Source: an uncultured virus (IMG/VR IMGVR_UViG_3300043473_000258)
Taxonomy: Duplodnaviria; Heunggongvirae; Uroviricota; Caudoviricetes
Direction: 5' to 3' (one strand)
IMG/VR virus record: IMGVR_UViG_3300043473_000258
DNA length: 64,000 nt
How positions within the stretch are numbered: the stretch's first letter is position 1; each line of letters begins with the position of its first letter. This document shows positions 7,670 through 15,516 of the stretch, piece after piece. The notes below the pieces were generated by a model, which saw only the letters and a list, made by a program, of their open reading frames with translations, searched no databases and was not told the DNA's origin. Position numbers and translations under genes: made by a program.

Positions 7670-10045
7670 ATGTCGGCGTTGCCTCGCCCGGATCCGAAGA
7701 AACCACTCACGCCTTCTCCGCGGATAAGAGACCCGGAGAAGTTGCGTGCGGTGTATTACGACCTGTTCGAGGCTGACCGATTCGCCAACCAGGATCGGGC
7801 GGCCATCACTGACGAATTCAGTGGCGGGCTGCCCTGGGAGTACAGCGAGCTCGAGGAGCGGGGCCAAGCGGACATCCCCAACGTCAACTGGGGCGTGGGC
7901 GAGCAGCAGCTCCGGGCCCACATCTCCACCTTCTGTAATTTGGTCCGCTCGGGTGAGCAGATCGCCAAGGTCTACCTCAAGCCCGAGCTGGACCTGACCT
8001 TCAGCCAGCGGGTGAATTATGCCTCCATCATGGGGCAGGAATTCCACAAGCTGAACACTAAGACGCCCGCGTGGCGCATGAAGTTCAAGAGCCGCATCGA
8101 GCAGGGCGCACGCGAGTACGTCTACTTCGGCGCGGCCTTCGCATTTTTTGAGGACGCGGCCGACTGGCGCTTCCAGATGGCGGGCCTCAACAAGGTGAAG
8201 CTGCAGCGGGCGGCCACCTACGACGGCCCGGACTCGACCGAGACGGTCTTCATGCGCCGGGAGTACACGGCCGCCGAGCTGGTCGAGCCCTTGCGCCACG
8301 GCGAGAAGGCAGCCAAGCGGGCGGGCTGGAATGTGGAGGCGCTCAAGGCGGCCACCGGCCGCATCATGGAGCGGTACGGCTTCCGGCAGGACCTCGAGAC
8401 CTTCGTGCACGAGGTCAAAAACAACGACCTCTACTACCGCAGCGGCCGGGCGGAGACCATTCCGATTCTCCACAGCTTCGTGCAGGAGTTCGACGGCAAG
8501 TATTCCTGGTACATTTTCACTGAGGAGGCGCTGGGCGGGCCCAAGGTGAAGATCAAAAACGAGGACGGCAGCACCTACGAGGTCGAGCCGTGGCTTTTCA
8601 AGAAGGAATTCGCCTTCAACGATGGGAGCGACGTGCTCATCCCCTTCCTCATGGAGGTGGGGACCGGCGAGCTGCACAGCGTCCGCGGCACCGGGCACCG
8701 GCTCTTCGAGATTGACGTCAATCGCAACCGGCTGACCAACATGATGCTCAACGGCTGCGTGCAGTCGGGCATCCCCCAGTACCAGAGCACGACCGAGGAC
8801 GCGCACGAGGGCTTCGCGATTTACCAGATTGGCGGCGGCCAGGTCATCCCGGCCGGGTTCACCTACATCGACAAGAAGACGCCGGACCTTTCGGCCAGCC
8901 TGGTGAGCGGCATGAAGCTGCTGCAGACGACCCAGGCGGGCGCGGCCGGAGTCTTCAACCAACGCCAGGCCGGAAACGAGGGCGGCACCAGCGCCGAGGC
9001 CAGCGAAACGCGGGCCATCACTGACGAAAACATCATTCTCAACCAGCAGGATAAGGTCAACTGGATGGAGCCCCTCGCCGTGCTCTACACCGCGCAGTGG
9101 AGGCGCATCACCAAGGCCAAGGCCACCGACAAGGGCGGGTTGCTCGCGACCGAGATGGTCAAACGCTGCTGCGCCCGCGGTGTGCCGCTCGAAGTGGTGC
9201 GAAACGGCGTGGATTATCTCGAGCCGATGCTCGGCGTCTTCGTTCCGGGCACGACAAAGAGCCAGGAGGAGCAAATCGAGATGCTCACCAAGATTTCAGG
9301 GATGCTGCCGGACGCCGGACGCGAGCAGGTGAACCGGGCGATGACCATTGCCATCGCCGGGCCCCAGAATGTCGACTCGCTCAACCCGGTCACGCCCTCC
9401 GGGCCCAACATCGAGGCCCAAATGGCCATGCTGGAGAACGGATTTCTCTCCAAAGGCGACGTCTGGCCGGTCTCGAAGGGTCAGGACCACCTCGCGCACG
9501 CCCTCCAGCACGCGAAAGTCATGGATCCGACCCTTGGCTACGCCATGCAGGGGCTCCAGAGCGGCAATGTGCAGGCTTCGGGCATGGCGCTCGCCGCGTA
9601 TGGCGCCCTGGTGCAGCATTACGGGGCGCATGTCTCCGCTTTGGCGAAAATGCCGAGCCCTCCGCCCCAGTTCAAGAGCCTGGACGAGATTTTGAAGGCC
9701 AATCAGCGCACTTTCAAGCAGCTCACGCGGGTTGCCAACGCCCAGGCCGAGCGCCAGAAGAAGGAACAGGCCAAGGCCATGCAAAAGGCCGCCCAAAATG
9801 GCGGAATGGGAGGCCCCGGCCAGCCCACCCTGGAGGAAGTCGTCGCCTTGAAGCGGGCGGAGACCCAAAGGCAGATCGCTTTGGAGGATGCCGCCACGGA
9901 TCGCGAGATTAAGAAGCAGAAAGCGCAGGATCAGCGCGATGCCAACCAGATCAAGACCGTTCAGAAGGTGCAGAACAGCGACATGATTACGGATCAAAAA
10001 TTGACCCACATGCAGCGTCAAAATGTGGTCGAAAGTGGAGATTGA
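7670..10045 (+). CDS. Putative portal protein
   Basis: 791 aa; first large head gene, with a Q/A-rich coiled-coil C-terminus as in podovirus portals. Positional inference. Confidence 0.65.
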   Translation: MSALPRPDPKKPLTPSPRIRDPEKLRAVYYDLFEADRFANQDRAAITDEFSGGLPWEYSELEERGQADIPNVNWGVGEQQLRAHISTFCNLVRSGEQIAKVYLKPELDLTFSQRVNYASIMGQEFHKLNTKTPAWRMKFKSRIEQGAREYVYFGAAFAFFEDAADWRFQMAGLNKVKLQRAATYDGPDSTETVFMRREYTAAELVEPLRHGEKAAKRAGWNVEALKAATGRIMERYGFRQDLETFVHEVKNNDLYYRSGRAETIPILHSFVQEFDGKYSWYIFTEEALGGPKVKIKNEDGSTYEVEPWLFKKEFAFNDGSDVLIPFLMEVGTGELHSVRGTGHRLFEIDVNRNRLTNMMLNGCVQSGIPQYQSTTEDAHEGFAIYQIGGGQVIPAGFTYIDKKTPDLSASLVSGMKLLQTTQAGAAGVFNQRQAGNEGGTSAEASETRAITDENIILNQQDKVNWMEPLAVLYTAQWRRITKAKATDKGGLLATEMVKRCCARGVPLEVVRNGVDYLEPMLGVFVPGTTKSQEEQIEMLTKISGMLPDAGREQVNRAMTIAIAGPQNVDSLNPVTPSGPNIEAQMAMLENGFLSKGDVWPVSKGQDHLAHALQHAKVMDPTLGYAMQGLQSGNVQASGMALAAYGALVQHYGAHVSALAKMPSPPPQFKSLDEILKANQRTFKQLTRVANAQAERQKKEQAKAMQKAAQNGGMGGPGQPTLEEVVALKRAETQRQIALEDAATDREIKKQKAQDQRDANQIKTVQKVQNSDMITDQKLTHMQRQNVVESGD

Positions 10046-10094
10046 CCAGAGAAAAAACGTCATTTGACGTTTGTAGCGTGGCATCGCTACATTA
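10045..10094 (+). promoter_or_regulatory. Promoter/operator of the PEP-CTERM gene
   Basis: TTGACG-18-TACATT, overlapped by palindromes AAACGTCATTTGACGTTT and TGTAGC..GCTACA. Confidence 0.65.
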
Positions 10095-10178
10095 TCGCGT
10101 ACTCGAAGAAATTCGTTGACGTTTTCGAGGGTCCCTGCGACACATGTTTGGCGCAATTCGCCCCAAGTCCATCAGCCC

Positions 10179-10877
10179 ATGAAAACTACAACCAAAATCA
10201 AAGCACTCGTGGCTGGCATTGCCCTTGGCATTGTCATCCTCATGTCAAACTCAGTAGTCGCGAAAGCGGACACCTTCGAGGTGCTCGCCCTTCCCGGCTT
10301 CAACGACGGCACGCACTTTGTCGGCCGCGAGCTGGTCCGCCTCAACGGCGGCACCCCGTTCCTTGCCCAGTGCATCGACATCTCGCACTTCATCAACGTG
10401 CCGACGCTGTTCAACGTCACGGTCTACAACCTGAACGGAAACCTCACGGGTCTGCGCTTCTTCGACGGCACCAACACGGATGCCTTCCTGAAAGCTGCGT
10501 TCTTGTTCACGCTGGCGGGCTCCAGTCCACAGGACACGGCCACGCAATCGAATTTCCAGCGAGCAATCTGGAGCCTGTTCCCGCATCCGGTCGGTGACGA
10601 CCCCTACCTGACCACGCCCGGTGCGCTTGCCGTCCTCGCGCTGGCCAACGCTGGCATCCTCGATGGCACCTTCCTTGCGAACGTGGCAGCCGGACAGTAT
10701 CAGTTCTACTCGCCGAGCACGGCGGGCGGTCTCTCGGTCGAGACTGGCCAGCTCTTCATCGGTCAGGTGCCCGAGCCGGGTACGTGGGCCATGATCGTCA
10801 TCGGCGCTGGCGTGCTGGGATTTGTCGTGTGGCGGCGTCGGTCGGCTCTCGTCGAAGATGCCACTGCAACGGCGTAG
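10179..10877 (+). CDS. PEP-CTERM sorting-domain surface protein (moron)
   Basis: Signal peptide ending AKA-D; C-terminal VPEPGTWAMIVIGAGVLGFVVWRRR. Confidence 0.9.
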   Translation: MKTTTKIKALVAGIALGIVILMSNSVVAKADTFEVLALPGFNDGTHFVGRELVRLNGGTPFLAQCIDISHFINVPTLFNVTVYNLNGNLTGLRFFDGTNTDAFLKAAFLFTLAGSSPQDTATQSNFQRAIWSLFPHPVGDDPYLTTPGALAVLALANAGILDGTFLANVAAGQYQFYSPSTAGGLSVETGQLFIGQVPEPGTWAMIVIGAGVLGFVVWRRRSALVEDATATA

Positions 10878-10887
10878 AAAATATCGG

Positions 10888-10940
10888 GCCCCAAGGGGAA
10901 GCTGGGTCAAGCCCACCCTCTTTACCCTTGGGGTCTTTTT
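10888..10940 (+). terminator. Intrinsic terminator after the PEP-CTERM gene
   Basis: CCCCAAGGG...CCCTTGGGG stem followed by TCTTTTT. Confidence 0.6.
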
Positions 10941-10979
10941 CGTTTGTCTCTTGGCGGGCTACATCATCGGCACTCGCGG

Positions 10980-11321
10980 ATGACACCCTTCTCCCCTCTC
11001 TCAGAATTCGAGGAAAGTGAGGTCCTCGCTGGCGAGCTGGAGACATTTTTGCTGACCACCACGGGCGGTCAGTTTATCAACGCGATACGCGAGTACGCGC
11101 TCTACCTCGACGGCAGGCAAACGGGGACGCCGCAGGATGGAGCGCGAGCGGTCGTGGACAAGATGCTTTCCCTCACGCTGAGTCGGCGCAATGCTCGCAT
11201 TGAGCGCATGAAGGCGCAGCGCAGTCCAAGCTCTGGCAACGCGAAGCATCTGCAACGCAAACCCCCGCCTCCTCCGGCGTCGAGGGTGCCAAAGCCGGAA
11301 GTCCTCCAACCGAACCCCTGA
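10980..11321 (+). CDS. Hypothetical head-region protein
   Basis: ORF between portal and scaffold. Confidence 0.6.
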   Translation: MTPFSPLSEFEESEVLAGELETFLLTTTGGQFINAIREYALYLDGRQTGTPQDGARAVVDKMLSLTLSRRNARIERMKAQRSPSSGNAKHLQRKPPPPPASRVPKPEVLQPNP

Positions 11322-11324
11322 GTT

Positions 11325-12812
11325 ATGCCTGATCCATCTGTATCCACGTCTTTTCTCGCCGCCGCCACGGCCGCGCCCGCCGCGCCGAGCGAAATGGCTC
11401 CAAACGCCACGCCTCCGCCCCCGGCCGCGCCCAGTACCCCGGCGCCGAGCACTCCCGCCCCAGTTTCCACACCCGAACCACCGAAACCCTCAGAAACCCC
11501 CAAGCCTTCTGAAACCAAACCAGAATCCACCACGCCGGAGCCATCCGCGCCCCCGGACTCCACGCCCCCGTCCGCTGACCCAGCAAAACCAGCAGGCGAC
11601 CCCGAAAAAGTAAAGTCGGCGCCAACGGCGGAGCAAATCGAGGAGGAGGACCTCTCAAAAGAGGAAATCGCCAAGATTGGCAAGATGACGCCCAAGGAAT
11701 TGCGGGCGGTCTTCAAAGCCCGCAACGCGGCCGAGGCCCAGGTCAGGAAATTGCAGCCGGAAAACGAAAAGCTGCAAAAGCAGGTCAAAGAGATGGCCAC
11801 CCTGCGGGCCACCATCGCCGAGCTGGAAAAGCGGCCGACAACCGAGCAGAACGACGCGAAAATCAAGGCCGCGGAGGACGAGCTGGCCACGCGCAAGGCC
11901 GAGCTCGAAAAGCAGGGCAATGAGCTCAAGGGGCGCGAGGAAAAGGTGAAATTGCGCGAGTACGCGACCGACGTGCTCAAGACTGACGATTACAAGAAAT
12001 ACGTGACGGTGCCTACCAATCGGCTCATGGCGGACCTCAAAACGCTCTGTGCGGGCGCGGCCGACAGCGAAGAGGAGGGAACCGACATGGCGAACCAGCT
12101 CGAGAAGGTGCTGGCCATTGAAGACCCGGCCACGCGCTGGCGCGAGATGAAGCGGGTCATCGCGGACGTGGATCCCGCGGACAAGGCGGCCTTCCGCAAG
12201 ATTCACGACGACTGGGCGCAGATCCTCCACAATTACGACCACCTGGCCAAGGACGCGGAGAAAGCCAGGGAGACCGTCGAGAGCGACCACAAGCGCCAGG
12301 CGGAGCTGCGGGCGAAGGATTTCAAGCAGCGGGTGCAGGCTTCGCGCAAGGCGGTGCGGCCCGAGCTGGAGAAGGAGGTGCCCTTCATGACGATGGACCT
12401 GACCGGCCATCCGACCTACGAAAAGCTGCGGGCCGAGGGCCTCAAGCAGATGGACGACTTCGACCCGGCCGCGGCCACCCCGGAAACCATCTCCGCCCTC
12501 AACGACATGGCGGTCACGTTCCAGCTCGCCGCCCGCGTGAGCAAGGATTACATCAAGGACCAGGGCGAGGCGCTCGAGAAGGCGAAGGCCGAGTCGGCCG
12601 AGTGGCAGAAGAAATTCGAGGAGCTGGAGGCCAAGGGCAAAAAGGACAAGGATGACGAGGAGGAAGAGGAGCGGGAAACCGCCGACGTCATGCCCACGGT
12701 CAGCGGCGGCCGCGAGTCGGCGCCATCGCTCCCGACCTTCGTGCCTGGTGGTGCGCTCAACGGCACCCCCGGCAAATTCAGCGAGGCGGTCTACACTGCA
12801 AAAGACCGGTGA
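11325..12812 (+). CDS. Putative capsid scaffolding protein
   Basis: Disordered P/E/T-rich N-terminus and long charged coiled coil, upstream of the capsid gene. Confidence 0.6.
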   Translation: MPDPSVSTSFLAAATAAPAAPSEMAPNATPPPPAAPSTPAPSTPAPVSTPEPPKPSETPKPSETKPESTTPEPSAPPDSTPPSADPAKPAGDPEKVKSAPTAEQIEEEDLSKEEIAKIGKMTPKELRAVFKARNAAEAQVRKLQPENEKLQKQVKEMATLRATIAELEKRPTTEQNDAKIKAAEDELATRKAELEKQGNELKGREEKVKLREYATDVLKTDDYKKYVTVPTNRLMADLKTLCAGAADSEEEGTDMANQLEKVLAIEDPATRWREMKRVIADVDPADKAAFRKIHDDWAQILHNYDHLAKDAEKARETVESDHKRQAELRAKDFKQRVQASRKAVRPELEKEVPFMTMDLTGHPTYEKLRAEGLKQMDDFDPAAATPETISALNDMAVTFQLAARVSKDYIKDQGEALEKAKAESAEWQKKFEELEAKGKKDKDDEEEEERETADVMPTVSGGRESAPSLPTFVPGGALNGTPGKFSEAVYTAKDR

Positions 12813-12818
12813 GCCGCC

Positions 12819-13184
12819 ATGAACGCCGCGACCGACCTCATGGATCGGGCAAAGGAGTTTGTGCGGATGCTCTGCGCCCGCAATCTGATTCCCGGCGCCG
12901 AGCTGGACAAGCTCACCGTCGCCATTCACGACGAGCTCTGCGGGGCCACGCTTTCCACCTTGGCTGAAATCGCGCTACGAAAAGACCATGTTTGCCGGGG
13001 CAACATTGAAATCTCCATTCGGTCGGTCGGCCACGACCTCATGGAACATCTCATCAGCCGGGAGAACGTGCGCGAGGTCGAAATGGAGGGCGACCCAGTC
13101 ATCCGCGGGCGGCCGGTGCCAGCGGGGAAAATCCTGCAACACTTCCTGCGCGAAGTCGATGTCGTGGAGGCACCCGTGACATGA
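12819..13184 (+). CDS. Hypothetical protein
   Basis: 121-aa ORF in operon context. Confidence 0.6.
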   Translation: MNAATDLMDRAKEFVRMLCARNLIPGAELDKLTVAIHDELCGATLSTLAEIALRKDHVCRGNIEISIRSVGHDLMEHLISRENVREVEMEGDPVIRGRPVPAGKILQHFLREVDVVEAPVT

Positions 13185-13399
13185 AGTGCCCCATGAAGAA
13201 GATGCGGGGCGGCTGGCGCCAGGTCGTCTTCGCCGCCGAGTGCGACCCGGAGGGCGACGGGCTCTGTCCCTGCGGCGTGGATTACGCGGATGAGTGCGTT
13301 TGTCCTGGGCCCACCGAGGACGGAATCGAGTACAAGGAAGTGAAGGGTGTGCTTTTCGGACGAAAAATGGCTATTGACGCTTCTGAGGCCGGGGCGTAG
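13181..13399 (+). CDS. Small Cys-rich protein
   Basis: 72 aa with CPC and CVCPGP motifs. Confidence 0.55.
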   Translation: MKCPMKKMRGGWRQVVFAAECDPEGDGLCPCGVDYADECVCPGPTEDGIEYKEVKGVLFGRKMAIDASEAGA

Positions 13400-13567
13400 A
13401 CAATATCCCAGCCAGACGAATGTGCCGTGTAAAAGCTACCGGCAGGCAGGTCTGGTCATATCAAAGCTCGGGCGAAAGCCCAAAGCAGACCGCGGGGAGC
13501 GAAGCGGGGAACCGGACAGGCAATCGCCTGCCCTCAACCCATTACTTCGGAAATCTAGGCTCCCTAT

Positions 13568-14908
13568 ATGCCGGAAAATCCCTTGGCGTGTTTGACGCAC
13601 GACGCAATCAATAACCGATTCGTCACTGCCACAGGCGTCATCACCGACCTTTATTACAAGCAGCAGGTCTGCTTGGATCCGTGGCGCAGTCGCTTCAAGC
13701 AGCGGGAATTCCCCCTCGGACAGGGCACGAATCCCAGCTACGTGAAGCTCTTCCGCACCATTCCTTACCAGGATTTGGAAATGCTTCCGCTCGGTCTCTC
13801 GGTTTGCGACTCGAGCTTCGACGGTCAGAACCCGTACAGCGGGTGCGATCCGGGCTACATCAACTTGCCGCTCATGGGCCAGTTGCTGAAGCAGATGACC
13901 ATTTACCGCAGTCCGCGCATTCGGACCCCGGAAATCTGCTTGCTCGACCTCCAGATGAGTCACGATCCGACGTCGATGATCGACGCGCAGATCGACAATC
14001 TGGCGTTCGCGACCTCGTGGTACTGGAGCGAGCTCACCCTCAAAAATCTCATCGATGGGATTTACAATCAATGGGTCATCCAGCCGTACAGCGACGGCTC
14101 GATCCCCGAGGGCAAGGGCACTCTGCCGCAGATCGAGGCCACCCAGCACATCACAGTCGGTGTGCTCGACCGCATCACCCAGCAGCTCATGTACAAGGGC
14201 GTCGGGTGCTCGGACGGCAACGGGTGCAACCAGCCGGTCTTCGACTTCTACATTGGCGGCGAGTCTGCCAACAACATGATCCGTCAGGATCCCGTGCTCC
14301 GTCAGGACATGCGATTCTCGGATGACGCCAACACCTTGCTGGGGGGCATGAATGCCTTCAAGTGCAAGGAGTACCACGGCTACAAGTTCAACTACGTGGC
14401 TTACCCGCCGCGCTTCAACTTCGTCGCTGGTGAGTACGTGCGCGTGCTTCCCTTTGGCCCTGGCATCCCGGTTACGATCGGGCCCGACCAGGAGGTCACA
14501 GCGGAGTACGAGGCCGCCCTCTACGAGAGCGCCTTTGTCATCCCGACACCGGACGTCATGCACTGGCTGGTGCCACCGCTCCAGCTCCGCTTCAACAAGG
14601 TCACCTTCGGCGGTCAAGGCACGCCGAATTACGCGGGTGACTTCGCCTGGCTCAACTACCAGACCGATTGCAACACCGACAAGAGCAAGGGCTTCTTCGA
14701 GGCGCAGTTCCTGGTGGGCTGGGACTTCCCATTCCCCGAGTACGGTTACCACATCGTATTCAAGCGTTGCTTCACTCCGATCGGGCCATTCAACTGCTCC
14801 CCGAACGGTGTGCCGAGCTGCACTCCGACCGTGTTCCCCGATCCGCCGTCGCCCGCTTCGCCGCCCGCGCCGTGGATCGATCCGTGCCTCCCGGTCACCT
14901 CGCCGTAG
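13568..14908 (+). CDS. Putative major capsid protein (13 Cys)
   Basis: 446 aa after the scaffold, with its own leader and a strong terminator. Positional inference. Confidence 0.7.
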   Translation: MPENPLACLTHDAINNRFVTATGVITDLYYKQQVCLDPWRSRFKQREFPLGQGTNPSYVKLFRTIPYQDLEMLPLGLSVCDSSFDGQNPYSGCDPGYINLPLMGQLLKQMTIYRSPRIRTPEICLLDLQMSHDPTSMIDAQIDNLAFATSWYWSELTLKNLIDGIYNQWVIQPYSDGSIPEGKGTLPQIEATQHITVGVLDRITQQLMYKGVGCSDGNGCNQPVFDFYIGGESANNMIRQDPVLRQDMRFSDDANTLLGGMNAFKCKEYHGYKFNYVAYPPRFNFVAGEYVRVLPFGPGIPVTIGPDQEVTAEYEAALYESAFVIPTPDVMHWLVPPLQLRFNKVTFGGQGTPNYAGDFAWLNYQTDCNTDKSKGFFEAQFLVGWDFPFPEYGYHIVFKRCFTPIGPFNCSPNGVPSCTPTVFPDPPSPASPPAPWIDPCLPVTSP

Positions 14909-14926
14909 TCAATCCCTTAACCAAAA

Positions 14927-14963
14927 GGCCGTCGCTCTCTTCCAGGGGGAGCGGCGGTTTTTT
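14927..14963 (+). terminator. Intrinsic terminator
   Basis: GCCGTCGCTCTCT-loop-GGGGAGCGGCGGT followed by a T-run. Confidence 0.85.
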
Positions 14964-14965
14964 GT

Positions 14966-15005
14966 TGTGCACGAGAAATATTACTTGTGCACATAATTAT
15001 AGGAT
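14966..15005 (+). promoter_or_regulatory. AT-rich promoter with dyad operator for the Y-RNA/Ro60 operon
   Basis: TGTGCACGAG-N8-CTTGTGCACA inverted repeat, then TAATTATAGGAT. Confidence 0.55.
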
Positions 15006-15007
15006 GC

Positions 15008-15104
15008 AGAATGCGTGCGGTCGGTGGCGATTGGAGACGGTTACTTCATTGCAACTGAAACGCCGAAAGGCTACCCGGATCCGCCTGTTCCCCGACCACG
15101 TTCT
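15008..15104 (+). ncRNA. Y-RNA-like unit 1 (no tRNA domain)
   Basis: Terminal stem, CGGTTACTTC (15038) and CGCCTGTTC (15082) shared with units 2-4; upstream of Ro60. Confidence 0.7.
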
Positions 15105-15112
15105 TTTACAAT

Positions 15113-15245
15113 TTGCCGTAGTGTTTGGGTCGGTTACTTCCATGTTAAGGAAGAGTTCCGGGTTCGAATCCCGGCCGCGCTCCATTTATGAGCGTGGTGG
15201 TGAAATGGTATCACGCTAAATGCCCGACTCGCTTGTTCTCGGCAA
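15113..15245 (+). ncRNA. YrlA-type Y RNA unit 2 with permuted tRNA-like domain
   Basis: TTGCCG/CGGCAA stem; T-arm CCGGG-TTCGAAT-CCCGG, looped 8-bp acceptor stem, then D-arm. Confidence 0.85.
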
Positions 15246-15250
15246 TTCAT

Positions 15251-15395
15251 TTGGGTGGCGTCAGGCGCGGTTACTTCTGGAAATGTTGGCCGCAGGTTCG
15301 AATCCTGCCCGGTGTCCATCAATGACACCGGTAGCTCAGTCTGGTAGAGCGACATTTTGGCGAAAGCCAAGCTACCGCACCGCTTGTTCCCCCAA
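15251..15395 (+). ncRNA. YrlA-type Y RNA unit 3 with permuted tRNA-like domain
   Basis: T-arm GCAGG-TTCGAAT-CCTGC, acceptor CCGGTGTC/GACACCGG closed by a loop, D-arm TAGCTCAGTCTGGTAGAGC. Confidence 0.85.
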
Positions 15396-15411
15396 TTCAC
15401 CCTCAACCAAT

Positions 15412-15486
15412 TTGCGTGGCGACGATCGCGGATACTTCATCTGGCTCCTAACCGGAAACGAAAAGCCGCATCACTTGTTCCCGCAA
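15412..15486 (+). ncRNA. Y-RNA-like unit 4 (short)
   Basis: TTGCG/CGCAA stem, CGGATACTTC and CACTTGTTC motifs. Confidence 0.7.
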
Positions 15487-15516
15487 TTCATCTCCGGCTC
15501 GAAGCCGGTAGCGATC

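Noticed and set aside
6551..9274. 907-aa minus-strand ORF
   Set aside because: Antisense shadow of GC3-rich genes, with no motifs.
13440..13520. c-di-GMP riboswitch or hammerhead in the capsid leader
   Set aside because: The required core motifs could not be matched; kept only as a generic structured leader.
15113..15395. Canonical tRNA genes (TTCGAAT T-loops and D-arms)
   Set aside because: The arm order is permuted (T, acceptor, D) inside a closing stem next to rsr, so these are Y-RNA-like rather than standard tRNAs.
15008..15486. CRISPR array from the recurring CGGTTACTTC motif
   Set aside because: Repeats are only about 10 nt, spacing is irregular, the units fold as RNAs, and no cas genes are present.
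15220..15516. 99-aa N-terminal extension of Ro60 in the ORF track
   Set aside because: It runs through the Y-RNA units; ATG 15517 is the plausible start.
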